Part shown: positions 18,906 to 29,227 of the stretch, one piece after another
How the letters are laid out: each line of letters begins with the position of its first letter
How positions within the stretch are numbered: position 1 is the first letter of the stretch
Source of the DNA: Candidatus Freyarchaeum deiterrae
Lineage (GTDB): Archaea; Asgardarchaeota; Jordiarchaeia; Jordiarchaeales; Jordiarchaeaceae
DNA: 64,000 bases
Reading direction: 5' to 3'
Assembly: GCA_037305845.1 (NCBI GenBank)
Contig: CP147778.1
Location: forward strand, 2,752,001-2,816,000
Position numbers and translations under genes: made by a program
The notes under the pieces: generated by a model
The model's database searches: none
Seen by the model: the letters and a program-made list of their open reading frames with translations, nothing else
Told to the model about the DNA's origin: nothing

Positions 18906-20228
18906 CTGAGATACAAAGTAATAATCATGGGTGCAGCTGGAAGAGATTTTCACAATTTTAACGTATATTTCCGACAAAATAAGCAATACGAAGTTGTAGC
19001 TTTTACCGCAGCGCAGATTCCCCACATAGAGGGCCGCGTATATCCACCAGAACTTGCAGGGCCATTATATCCCAAAGGTATCAAAATTTACTCCGAAGAG
19101 GAACTACCTGAACTCATCAAAAAGTATGACATAGACCAGGTGATTCTAGCGTACACCGACCTCTCCCACCTAACAGTTATGGACAAAGCTTCACTTGTTC
19201 TTGCATGCGGAGCTGATTTCCGACTTATGGGACCCAAAGCTACTATGCTGGAATCCAAACTCCCCGTGATATCAATATGCGCTGTAAGAACCGGTTCGGG
19301 AAAAAGCCAAACAACACGCAAGGTTTGCGACATCCTACGAAAAAATGGTCTGAAACCAGTAGTTATCAGACACCCCATGCCTTACGGTGACCTGAAAAAC
19401 CAAGTATGCGAAAGATTCACAACCTACGAAGACTTGGACCGTTACGACACCACAATAGAGGAAAGAGAAGAGTACGAACCACACATTGACCGAGGAAACA
19501 TAGTCTACGCCGGAGTGGACTATGAAAAAATACTAAGAGAAGCCGAAAAAGAAGCCGACGTAATAGTATGGGACGGAGGCAACAACGACTTCCCCTTCTA
19601 CAAATCCGACCTACAAATAGTACTGGTTGACCCCCACAGACCCGGGCACGAAGTATCCTACTACCCCGGAGAAACAAACGCCCGAATGGCCAACGTAATC
19701 ATCATTAACAAGATTGACAGTGCAAAACCCGACCATGTGGAACAAACACTGAAAAACGTGAAAAGACTTAACCCCAAAGCCATAATAATTAAAGCCGCGT
19801 CCCCGGTCACTGCGGAGAACCCAGAACTAATCCGAGACAAGAGAGTTCTAGTAGTAGAAGACGGACCAACCCTCACACACGGCGGAATGAGCTACGGAGC
19901 AGGAATAGTAGCCGCAAGAAAATACGCCGCAAAAGAAATAGTAGACCCCAGACCCTACGCAATGGGATCCATAAAAAAAGTATTTGAAGCATACCCCCAC
20001 ATAGGTTCCCTCCTACCCGCAATGGGATACAGCCCGGAGCAAATAAACGAACTAAAAGAAACAATTGAAGCAGTAGACTGCGACAGCGTGATTATAGGAA
20101 CCCCCATAGACCTAAGAAAGCTTCTAAAAATCAGCAAACCCACAGTTAGAATAAACTACGAACTCCAAGAAATAGGAAAACCGGACTTGGAAGAAATACT
20201 GAAAAACTTCCCACTTAAGAAAAGGTAG
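18906..20228 (+). CDS. COG2403 P-loop NTPase, cyclic-2,3-diphosphoglycerate synthetase-like / arginine synthetase ArcE-like
   Basis: IIMGAAGRDFHNFN, RTGSGKS, RHPMPYG, DGGNND and EDGPTLTHGGM motifs. Likely CTG start at 18906 with a GGAGGGT RBS. Confidence 0.82.
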   Translation: MRYKVIIMGAAGRDFHNFNVYFRQNKQYEVVAFTAAQIPHIEGRVYPPELAGPLYPKGIKIYSEEELPELIKKYDIDQVILAYTDLSHLTVMDKASLVLACGADFRLMGPKATMLESKLPVISICAVRTGSGKSQTTRKVCDILRKNGLKPVVIRHPMPYGDLKNQVCERFTTYEDLDRYDTTIEEREEYEPHIDRGNIVYAGVDYEKILREAEKEADVIVWDGGNNDFPFYKSDLQIVLVDPHRPGHEVSYYPGETNARMANVIIINKIDSAKPDHVEQTLKNVKRLNPKAIIIKAASPVTAENPELIRDKRVLVVEDGPTLTHGGMSYGAGIVAARKYAAKEIVDPRPYAMGSIKKVFEAYPHIGSLLPAMGYSPEQINELKETIEAVDCDSVIIGTPIDLRKLLKISKPTVRINYELQEIGKPDLEEILKNFPLKKR

Positions 20229-20280
20229 CAAGAGAAGCATAAAAGAAATAAAAAAAGAAAAAAGTTTATGGTGGTTTTTT

Positions 20281-23157
20281 TTATTCTGTCGACTTGTGAA
20301 GTAATGATTGTTTTCTCATATCCTTTCCGCATTTCTTACACTGCCAATTCTTAGCATCGCTAGACTTGAGGTCTATAGTGTTAAGGGTAGAACAATTGGC
20401 ACAAACCTGTTGATTTACAACCGCGGCGGTGCCGTCACCATCAATTTGTCTTTTAATTGGATATAATGGATCACTAATCTTCGGTGGGATATACTTAGCT
20501 TGCCTATACTGATACTTGTCAGTCTTTTCATCAACAGTAGGAACACCAAGAGGATACCTCCAGAAACTCCAAGGCATCTTAGCACACACGTTTGCGGCAA
20601 CCCTTCTAACACCAGGAGCAAGATCCACCAAGTAGTTTTCCACGTATTCCGATTTAGTCTTAACCGCATACTCTGTCTCTGCGCTAGTGATAGTCTTTGA
20701 AATCCTGTCCTCCAAATGCTTGAAAAGCTCGCCAGTTCTCTTACGTAATTTATTAAGCGAGTCTCTACTCATACTAAAGGCAGCTTGGATTGGATCCTCG
20801 ACTTTGTAACCCTCAAGGTCCTTGGGATGAAGTAGAATAAAGTCAGGCGTATGGAAGTTGGTGTTAAAGTCAACAATGATTTTATGATCCTTTCCGTCGT
20901 CAGGCACTCTGTAAAACAGCTCTCTCCAGTGATAGTCTGAGACAATCCATTCCGGTACACCGGTTTCTGCATTGACCCAGACTTCGGCTCGTTCGTAGTC
21001 TTCATGATATAGTTGTCTTGAGGCTACTGTGAATTCTCCCGGCCACACGTATGTGAATCGCATCACCCAGTAGTATTTGCCTTCTACCCACAACGGAGCA
21101 TCTTCACGGTTCTTGTATGGAAACAGTGGTCCTTCACTTGCATAAAAGTATAGATTGATTCTTTCGAATCCCAGCACTTGTACTCCAGCTATCGCTAGTA
21201 TGAAAGCTGCCGCTAGCAAGAATATGATTCCGTAGAGGTTGGCGGTGAAAGCGCTGTTGAAGGGTACTGCGGCCAGCATTGTATACTGGTCTAGTAGCGA
21301 TGGAGTGGTTGTAGCTTGCGTCCAGGTTTCACCCAGAACAAATTGTCTGAAGAATGGAGAGTTGAGAATGTTGACGCCTAGGAAGTCGGCTAGTCGCAGC
21401 AATATGTATTCTGAGAAGATAAAGGCTATGGCTGAGAAGACGCCTATTGCTATTACTGATGGGGCCCCTTCAGGTGATTCCTGCAGTATTCTTCGGGATT
21501 TTAAGCCCCAATAAATTGAGAACAGTATAATGATTGCATAAAGCACCAGTGCAGCTCCAACTAGTAGGCGTACTTCACCTGTGGTGAAGAATCTCCATTG
21601 GGGGTCTGGTGATGTTAAATCCCCGAGGTGTCCTGAAATGTTAACAAAGAAGAAAATAGTCGCTACTGCAATTATTACTGCTACAAGTGGAGTAATTGAT
21701 TTAACTACGTTGACTTGGTGTGCTAGTTCGAAAGGATTCCAGGCGGGTTTATACTTTTTAAGCAGGTAATTAGGGTCGTACAGTGATCCAATTTCTTCTC
21801 CTGTGCTCTTCACTCGAACCTTGCATTTGTTCTCTTCTTGTGAAACGATTTCCAGTTCGGGTTCCGGCATTGGGGTTTTTCCGCCTTTTTCTATTCGATC
21901 CATGTGTTCATAGGTTTCGTATCCTGCATGCCCTCCGAAAATTCCTCGAAGTCCAGCCCCAGCTCCTTTAACTTTCTTAAATTCGGCCACAACATTTTTT
22001 CCGAATAGGAAGTAGTTTGACCAGAGGTCTCTGAATATGTATGCGAGGTCATGTGGCGTTTTCAACTCTGGTGTAGGTTCTGTGTATGAGCTGACTCTGC
22101 CCATGGAAGCCCAGAAACCGCCCCAAAGAGCCGAAATCACAATAAATACTGCCGCCATAGCCGTGTAAGCTACACTTAGGTCTGCTTGCACGATTCCGTT
22201 TACTATGGAGTATGTTACAATGTTTCCTTGAATCGCTATATAATACGGGAGCCATAAGAGATCGTGTATAAGCTGTGGTGCCTGTGTTCTAAGGATTCCT
22301 ACGAATGCGGCGAGACTTATTGATGCTCCTATTAATGCTCCGCTCCAGAAACGCTTGCTGAAAAAGCCCACTAGAGTGATGAAGACGAAAGCATATACGA
22401 AACATAGCATTAGTACCTCGTTAAAGTATATAGTCCAAGGGCCAAATTGTAACTGCGTAGGTGAGATGTATAGAAAAGGTGGGATGTTGGTTATAGAAAC
22501 CACGGACTTTACGTCAACTATGTATCCAATGGCAAAAGGAGCTAATAAGAAGAATAACCAAGTAATAACGACCTTAAGTTTCCTGAAAGAGTATAAGAAA
22601 CTCCTCCACATTAATTGGTAAACTTGGAACTGCGCGAAAAAGCCTCCAATAAGACCAAAAACTCCCATTGTAACCACTATGGCCCACGTCCATCCTCTAA
22701 GAGGTGTGTATTGAAGAGTAGACATCAGAATTACGTCTTGGAAGTGTCTTCCCAAAGCGAAGAAGCCTGCAGTAAAAGCTGTATCAAGTATACCGTCTGG
22801 TAACCCGTTACCAATAGAAGCTACTAGAAACAGTAGAATCGGAGCATAACCCTGAATTGAATCCTGAATATAGAAGGTGGGGTTTTCAGGAATAACAAAA
22901 AAGTTAAATGGAAGAGGAAATACGACTCCTGGGAACAAGGGTGAGAGGTCACTTAGAGAGTAGAGCGCTCCATTATAAATGACAACTCCATTCTTTGAAG
23001 TAAATGTCCACAAAGCAGCTAACGGTCCAGAAAATGTACCATCTAAGAACATTTGCCAGTAGTTAAGCCATGAAACGACACCGATAAGTATAGCGAGAAT
23101 AATCATAACAGTTCTTCTGATTGTGAAAATTTTCTTCAATGTATCGCTCACAGTCAT
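20281..23157 (-). CDS. Large polytopic membrane protein with soluble C-terminal domain and Zn ribbon
   Basis: 958 aa, more than 10 TM segments, soluble domain containing HEDYER, terminal CANC..WQCKKC. Confidence 0.8.
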   Translation of the reverse strand: MTVSDTLKKIFTIRRTVMIILAILIGVVSWLNYWQMFLDGTFSGPLAALWTFTSKNGVVIYNGALYSLSDLSPLFPGVVFPLPFNFFVIPENPTFYIQDSIQGYAPILLFLVASIGNGLPDGILDTAFTAGFFALGRHFQDVILMSTLQYTPLRGWTWAIVVTMGVFGLIGGFFAQFQVYQLMWRSFLYSFRKLKVVITWLFFLLAPFAIGYIVDVKSVVSITNIPPFLYISPTQLQFGPWTIYFNEVLMLCFVYAFVFITLVGFFSKRFWSGALIGASISLAAFVGILRTQAPQLIHDLLWLPYYIAIQGNIVTYSIVNGIVQADLSVAYTAMAAVFIVISALWGGFWASMGRVSSYTEPTPELKTPHDLAYIFRDLWSNYFLFGKNVVAEFKKVKGAGAGLRGIFGGHAGYETYEHMDRIEKGGKTPMPEPELEIVSQEENKCKVRVKSTGEEIGSLYDPNYLLKKYKPAWNPFELAHQVNVVKSITPLVAVIIAVATIFFFVNISGHLGDLTSPDPQWRFFTTGEVRLLVGAALVLYAIIILFSIYWGLKSRRILQESPEGAPSVIAIGVFSAIAFIFSEYILLRLADFLGVNILNSPFFRQFVLGETWTQATTTPSLLDQYTMLAAVPFNSAFTANLYGIIFLLAAAFILAIAGVQVLGFERINLYFYASEGPLFPYKNREDAPLWVEGKYYWVMRFTYVWPGEFTVASRQLYHEDYERAEVWVNAETGVPEWIVSDYHWRELFYRVPDDGKDHKIIVDFNTNFHTPDFILLHPKDLEGYKVEDPIQAAFSMSRDSLNKLRKRTGELFKHLEDRISKTITSAETEYAVKTKSEYVENYLVDLAPGVRRVAANVCAKMPWSFWRYPLGVPTVDEKTDKYQYRQAKYIPPKISDPLYPIKRQIDGDGTAAVVNQQVCANCSTLNTIDLKSSDAKNWQCKKCGKDMRKQSLLHKSTE

Positions 23158-23456
23158 TCATTCTCCTCCTAAATGTATAAGTTGGATATAGTATAATTTA
23201 CAGAGGTAATAAACATTTTTACCCACAAAATTACCAAAAATCTTTAAAAAACTTTTTATATAAAATAAAAAACCATAAGAGGTAATATTTCAAAATTCCT
23301 CCAACTAGAAATCTAAAAATTTTATAAGAAAAACAAAAACTATAGCCCTCTGCAGAATTTTTCCTCAAGAGAAAAAGGACAAGATGTGTAAGATTACAAT
23401 CAGACATTCAGGTCTAAATTAAAAATACACAAAAAACCTTTCGAAGTGCGGGAATA

Positions 23457-24140
23457 GTGTTGAATAATAAAATCGTCAGGATAATAGAGCTTCTGAACAA
23501 GGAGTACGGTGAAAAAAAGTGGAAAAAGAGACAAGAACCTCTTGATCAGTTAATTCAAACCATCCTATCTCAGAACACCTCCGACAGAAACAGCTACACT
23601 GCCTTCCTCAATCTAAAAAGAAAGTATCCCTCCTGGGAAAACCTTATCGAAGCACCAGAAGACGAAATAGCGGAAACCATTAAGGCAGGGGGGCTGGAAA
23701 ACATCAAAGCCCAGAGAATAAAGAATACTCTTATCACAATCAAAGAAAGAAGACAAAGCCTAGACCTATCCTATCTAAAAGAAATTCCCCAAGAAGAGGC
23801 GTTATCCTTCCTAACAACGCTCAAAGGAGTGGGACCAAAAACCGCTGCGGTGGTTCTTCTTTTCTCATTCGGCAAACCAGTACTCCCAGTAGACACCCAC
23901 ATCCACCGAGTATCCAAAAGACTCAGCTTAATCGGGAACGCCGACCGCCTAAAAGCACACAAAATACTCCAGCAGATGGTTCCTCCAGAACAAGTTTACT
24001 CTTTCCACATAAACATGATAGAACACGGAAGAAGAATCTGTAAACCAAAGCCCAAATGTCCTGAGTGTGTTCTAAACAGTCTCTGCGAATCGGCATCTTA
24101 CTTCTTTCCAGAACTAGAAAACCTCAAGACACAAAAATGA
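23457..24140 (+). CDS. nth: Endonuclease III (HhH-GPD, 4Fe-4S)
   Basis: ILSQNTSD, LKGVGPKTA, PVDTHIHRV and CKPKPKCPECVLNSLC motifs. Confidence 0.93.
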   Translation: MLNNKIVRIIELLNKEYGEKKWKKRQEPLDQLIQTILSQNTSDRNSYTAFLNLKRKYPSWENLIEAPEDEIAETIKAGGLENIKAQRIKNTLITIKERRQSLDLSYLKEIPQEEALSFLTTLKGVGPKTAAVVLLFSFGKPVLPVDTHIHRVSKRLSLIGNADRLKAHKILQQMVPPEQVYSFHINMIEHGRRICKPKPKCPECVLNSLCESASYFFPELENLKTQK

Positions 24141-24584
24141 AAGGCGCAACTTCTTTTAACAATTTAAAAAGAGCGACCATTCCTGTTTAAATGATAAAGT
24201 TACCAGTTTCCCAACCAAATTTAACTGAGCAACCTTTCAAGATAACTGCCAGAAACATTAATCCGGGATTAATTTCAACCCGACCAACCACAAAAGCATT
24301 ATTGTACATTTGTTCAATATAATCTCAAAATTTTCGACATACAAAAGATAGAATGCCCACAATAAAGTTTAAAAACACTATCGTACACTACATTATTAAT
24401 CAATGTAAAAATATTGTCATTGATATAAAAAATGTTTACAAATGTAAAATAATTGAAATAATTTAATTGACATAAAAGTGATAAACTGATAAAAATATAA
24501 ATAGAAAATCCAATTTCTTTTGATAATCTCACATAGTTAGAAGGAAAAAATTCGATAGGTAAAGGTTCAAGGGTGTAGTAAAAA

Positions 24585-25775
24585 ATGCAAACTAATGAGG
24601 TACACATCTGTGACACAACTCTAAGAGACGGCAGGCAGATGCCTGATGTATACTTTACACTCTACGAGTGTGTGGAAATAGCCAAAAAACTGGACGAAAT
24701 AGGAATAGACCAAATAGAAGTATTCTGCCCAGCATACGTGCTAAAAGACAACTTTCTCATACGAGAACTAAACAAACTAGAGCTATCAGACAAGCTATTA
24801 GTCTGGCACAGAGGCTTAAAAGTCGACCTAGAGAAATCCATCAACACCAAACTAGATTTTAGTGCTGTAGCCCTCTCGATTGCTACAGAAAAACAGCATC
24901 GTGAAGTGAAGCTGCAGATGACCAAGGAACAAATAATAGAAAACATGTGTGAAGCAGTATCCTTTGCAAAGGAACACGGACTCTACGTATCCGTAAACGC
25001 TGAAAAAAGCGTGGGCACGGAGCCCGAATACTTGGCAGAATTTGCTAACTGTGTTACCGAGGCAGGCGCAGACAGGATAAGATACTGCGATACCTTAGGA
25101 GAACTAATACCCCACGAAACATACAACATTATCTCAAAACTTACAAAGAAAATAAAGGTTGACCTCGAATTTCATGGACACGACGACATGGGTATGGGCG
25201 TAGCAAACTCTATCGAAGCCTACAGAGCAGGAGCTAAATGGATAGACACCAGTGTCTGCAGACTGGGTGAACGAGGTGGCTTCACCTCTCTGGAACGGGT
25301 CGTTTACAACCTCTATAAACACTTCAACATACAAAAGTACAATGTTAGTAAACTCGCCGAACTATCGGCCTTCGTGGAAAATGTATCAGGGATACATTTA
25401 CCTCCGAACACGCCCATCACAGGACAAAACATTTGGAGACATGAGTCTGGAATTCATGCACACGGAGTAATCAAAGATGTTACTCTGTACGAGAAGGTGA
25501 GAGCGGCAGAGGTGGGACTAAAAGAAGGTGCAATGAAAGATAAAATAGTTATAGGCGAGACCACAGGGCGAGAGAGTATAATCTATGTTCTCAAAGAAGC
25601 TGGTATTGACATTGAAAAGCATAATCCTATTGTTAACAAAATCCTGAGTAAGATCCAGGAACAATACCTCTTTGGAAGAAAGTCGAGTGTTAACCACGAA
25701 GAGGTAGTCGAACTGTACCAATTCTTTTCTGTGAAAAACAAGATCAAGCCGATGAACACTGTAGCAGAATTCTAA
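24585..25775 (+). CDS. Homocitrate synthase / LeuA (DRE-TIM) family, lacking the regulatory domain
   Basis: DTTLRDGRQ, HGHDDMG, LGERGG and HESGIH motifs. Confidence 0.88.
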   Translation: MQTNEVHICDTTLRDGRQMPDVYFTLYECVEIAKKLDEIGIDQIEVFCPAYVLKDNFLIRELNKLELSDKLLVWHRGLKVDLEKSINTKLDFSAVALSIATEKQHREVKLQMTKEQIIENMCEAVSFAKEHGLYVSVNAEKSVGTEPEYLAEFANCVTEAGADRIRYCDTLGELIPHETYNIISKLTKKIKVDLEFHGHDDMGMGVANSIEAYRAGAKWIDTSVCRLGERGGFTSLERVVYNLYKHFNIQKYNVSKLAELSAFVENVSGIHLPPNTPITGQNIWRHESGIHAHGVIKDVTLYEKVRAAEVGLKEGAMKDKIVIGETTGRESIIYVLKEAGIDIEKHNPIVNKILSKIQEQYLFGRKSSVNHEEVVELYQFFSVKNKIKPMNTVAEF

Positions 25776-25912
25776 AACGCTGCTCCTTAGCTTCATTTTT
25801 TAAAATTTTACCTTCTATATTTAATCTTAATTTTTTAGATTGTATCTGCTATTTTTTCTAGAAACTATTTAAATCCCTTTTAACCTTAAATAATTCTTAA
25901 GGAGGAAAAATA

Positions 25913-27025
25913 GTGCACCGGACAGGGGTCACAGAACTTTCTCTTCACGGAGGAAAGGCACCAAGATGGCTATTCAGCCGCATGGTGAAACTAGCAGATG
26001 TCATGCTCGAAATAATCGTTGATGAATATGGAACTAAAGAATTAATTCAGAGACTATCCGATCCCTACTTTTTTCAAGCTCTATCCTGCGTACTAGGATT
26101 TGACTGGCATAGTTCTGGAACCACAACGGTAACCTGCTCAGCTCTAAAGCTAGCAATGAAACCACTAGAACACGGAATAGCAGTAGCTGGGGGTAAGGGC
26201 TCTACCTCAAGAAAAACACCAGCCGAAATACTACGAATAGGAGATATTTTCAATCTTTCGGACTCCAAGATAGATAATATAAAATACGCTAGTCGAATGT
26301 CTGCAAAAGTCGACAACACCGCTATACAGGCTGGCTATCAAATTTACCATCATTGCATTTTTATCACCGATGATAGCAACTGGTGCGTTGTACAGCAGGG
26401 GATGAACCCACAACTAGGAACAGCAAGAAGATACCACTGGCTATCCGGAACTTTCAAAACATTTGTGGAGGAGCCGCACACTGCAATAGTTGGAGAAATC
26501 ATTCACAAACAGGTTTTGGACATGACCTCCAAGGAGAGCGAAGATTGCAGAAAAATCTCCACAGATTTAGTGAAAGACAACCCTCAGCACCTCAAATCCC
26601 TATTATCAGATAAACCCCTGAACCAGGAAACCCTTCTCAAATGGCTTCCCGAAAGTAAAACACCATCACCCCAACACCTAAACTTACTAAGATCTGTAAA
26701 CTGGAAAACGCTAATGAACGCTTATCAGTCTCAGCCCAAAAACTATGAAGAACTATTGTCACTCAAAGGAATAGGTCCGTCAACAGTAAAAGCTCTGGCT
26801 ATGATATCTGGACTGATATACGGTAAACCGCCAAGCTGGAATGACCCCGTGAAATACTCCTTCACATTCGGGGGAAAAGACGGAATACCCTACCCAGTAA
26901 ACAGAAAATCAATGGATGAAGCAACAAACTTCCTAAGAAAAGTGGTGGATGAAACAAAAACCGAAACAAAAGAAAAAACCCAAGCTCTCCAAAGACTACA
27001 AAAATACAATCCTTTCACTGAATAA
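25913..27025 (+). CDS. DUF763 family protein
   Basis: LHGGKAPRWLF, GFDWHSSGTTT, VVQQGMN and FGGKDGIPYPV motifs, plus HhH-like KGIGPST. Confidence 0.9.
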   Translation: MHRTGVTELSLHGGKAPRWLFSRMVKLADVMLEIIVDEYGTKELIQRLSDPYFFQALSCVLGFDWHSSGTTTVTCSALKLAMKPLEHGIAVAGGKGSTSRKTPAEILRIGDIFNLSDSKIDNIKYASRMSAKVDNTAIQAGYQIYHHCIFITDDSNWCVVQQGMNPQLGTARRYHWLSGTFKTFVEEPHTAIVGEIIHKQVLDMTSKESEDCRKISTDLVKDNPQHLKSLLSDKPLNQETLLKWLPESKTPSPQHLNLLRSVNWKTLMNAYQSQPKNYEELLSLKGIGPSTVKALAMISGLIYGKPPSWNDPVKYSFTFGGKDGIPYPVNRKSMDEATNFLRKVVDETKTETKEKTQALQRLQKYNPFTE

Positions 27026-27520
27026 TAAAACCAGAAATACTTCTCTAAATTCAAATTTAAAGACGCAAAAGTGCCAGCCTTGGCTTATCAACCTATGATT
27101 ATTCCTGCACTAGCATTAACGAATGATTAAAATTATTGCAGCCGCTATACTTCCAAGAAATAGAAGAATAATAAGAATAGCAAAAATTTTTTTTCTCCAC
27201 AAATTAACACTCTCCTGCGAAAAATTGAACATGAATTCTAACTGATAATTCTTGTATATCTCTCTTAATTTTTATTTCTTTTTTAAAATTATGGTCTTGG
27301 ATTTTTCCCAATTTTAAAAAATATGCTAATTGGCTTGTTTTATACTTAAATTATTCTTTAACATTTTTTATCTAATTAACTTGATTATTTTTGTACATAT
27401 TCCCAAGAATCTTTTTGAAAACTTTTATATTAGGTTTTAACCTACTGATAACCAGCTTATAGTAAAATTTTATTATTTAATATGGTAACAAAAAACTAGT
27501 GAGTTAGGGAAGGGAAATAA

Positions 27521-28108
27521 ACGTCAGCAAAAAAGTTCATCTTCAAAGTCGTAGTGGTCGGCGACGGAGCGGTCGGAAAAACCAGCTTGGTCAAAAAATA
27601 CTCAGAAAACACTTTCAGGGACGACTATCTTCCCACCATAGGCTCAGGCTTCGCTACTAAACGATTAACCCTAGATGGAATAGAGGTCACATATCAGATC
27701 TGGGATATGGGCGGTCAGCCTCAGTTCAAGGTTGTGCGTCAGAACTTCTATCGTGGTGCTAGGGGGGTCGTTTATGTTTTTGATATCTCTAGGCGTGAGA
27801 CCTTAGATAACCTTGAGAAATGGCGAGAAGAAGTAAGCGAAACCTGTGGAGAAGTTCCCAATATATTAATAGGTAACAAAATTGACCTTCCCCGAAAAGT
27901 GGAAGCGCAAGAGGGTAAGCAGTATGGTCAGTGTTTTAATGCGCCTTATTTTGAAGCTAGTTTACCTCTGAATACGAATATTGACGAATGTTTTGAGTCG
28001 ATTGGCAAGTTAATTCTCAGAAGAGCCGAAAGTTTGCAGGGTCCTCCTATTAAGAAGCCGATAACCGCTTGCCCTGATAACACGACTACATCCAAAGAAA
28101 TAATCTAA
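27521..28108 (+). CDS. Rab/Ras-like small GTPase 1
   Basis: GDGAVGKT, PTIG, WDMGGQ, NKID and EAS motifs. Beta-strand 1 (FIFKVVVV) lies upstream of the ORF-track start, implying an ACG start at 27521. Confidence 0.92.
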   Translation, partial: TSAKKFIFKVVVVGDGAVGKTSLVKKYSENTFRDDYLPTIGSGFATKRLTLDGIEVTYQIWDMGGQPQFKVVRQNFYRGARGVVYVFDISRRETLDNLEKWREEVSETCGEVPNILIGNKIDLPRKVEAQEGKQYGQCFNAPYFEASLPLNTNIDECFESIGKLILRRAESLQGPPIKKPITACPDNTTTSKEII

Positions 28109-28563
28109 ACTCTTTGTGATGCTTCTTCTCTGTGAAGCTAGATGCTTTTTATTAAAAGTTTTTTTTGATATAAATGTGTTATATTCTACTTTTAGAGGAC
28201 GCATTTTTTATTTTTGTAAATGGCAAAACTTAAATATTCTGTAGCACTACTACAACTTAAGGAAAAAGAATGAAGTGAGGGAAAAAGGATGTCTTTAACA
28301 ACCTACATCCACAAAATCATTGTTTGTGGCGATGGAGCTGTAGGCAAAACTAGTATAATAAAAAAATATTCAGAAAATACTTTCAACGAAAATTACCTAG
28401 CCACTGTGGGTTGCAACTTTGCGACCAAAAAAATTCATATAAACGGTTTAGAAATAACCTGCCAGATCTGGGATATGGGCGGTCAGCCTCAGTTCAAGGT
28501 TGTGCGTCAGAACCTCTATCGTGGTGCTAGGGGGGTCGTTTATGTTTTTGATATCTCTAGGCG
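27695..28563 (+). repeat. 101-bp direct repeat (27695-27795 and 28463-28563), 100/101 identical
   Basis: CAGATCTGGGATATGGGCGG...GATATCTCTAGGCG occurs in both GTPase genes with a single T/C difference. Confidence 0.95.
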
Positions 28564-28930
28564 GGAAACCTTTGAAAACATCCAGAAATGGCGAGAAGAG
28601 ATAGGAAGCGTTCTTACAGATCCCCCTTGTATACTCATCGGCAACAAAGTCGATCTTCCTAGAAAGGTAAGCGAAGAAGAAGCGAAAGAATATAGTTTAA
28701 AAAATAATACCCAGTACTTCGAAGCCAGCGTAGCCGAAAATTTAAACATTCAGGAGAGCATGGACCGAATCAACCAAATAATACTCGAAAAACAAGAAAA
28801 TGAAAGAAAAACAATATCCCCCATAAAAATATCAGCCCATTATCAAGATTTAATTAAACCCTCGATTCAATCTCCCGCAACTATTCCTGAGCGTCCTCTT
28901 AATCAAACAAAATTTCCTCTTACTATATAA
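28289..28930 (+). CDS. Rab/Ras-like small GTPase 2
   Basis: GDGAVGKT, ATVG, WDMGGQ, NKVD and EASV motifs. Confidence 0.93.
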   Translation: MSLTTYIHKIIVCGDGAVGKTSIIKKYSENTFNENYLATVGCNFATKKIHINGLEITCQIWDMGGQPQFKVVRQNLYRGARGVVYVFDISRRETFENIQKWREEIGSVLTDPPCILIGNKVDLPRKVSEEEAKEYSLKNNTQYFEASVAENLNIQESMDRINQIILEKQENERKTISPIKISAHYQDLIKPSIQSPATIPERPLNQTKFPLTI

Positions 28931-29227
28931 TTACTCTAAAAAAGCGATTCTAACTCTGACAATAGAAACCTCCAAGGTTTAAACGCAAAATGTGTGAATA
29001 CTTCCCTCACCGACCTTTTCCTCTCCCTCCTCCCCTACTTAATACGTTTTTCATAATTATTTGGACTCATTTTTTATATTTAACACCGTCTCAATGGGGA
29101 AACGATTTTTTAGTATTTGCTTATGACAAATAAATTCTAAAAGTAACGTTTTATAAACCGGCTTTGAGAAAGTTAAAAGTTTAAAATTTAAATTCCATTA
29201 TAGTTATTGTTATTCAAGGTGTATGGA

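Noticed and set aside
24399-24424. ATCAATG/CATTGAT inverted repeat upstream of the homocitrate synthase-like gene
   Set aside because: A short palindrome in very AT-rich DNA; it cannot be distinguished from chance.
27695-28563. Repeat pair as a DGR template/variable region
   Set aside because: Only one mismatch, both copies lie inside intact genes, and there is no reverse transcriptase in the window.
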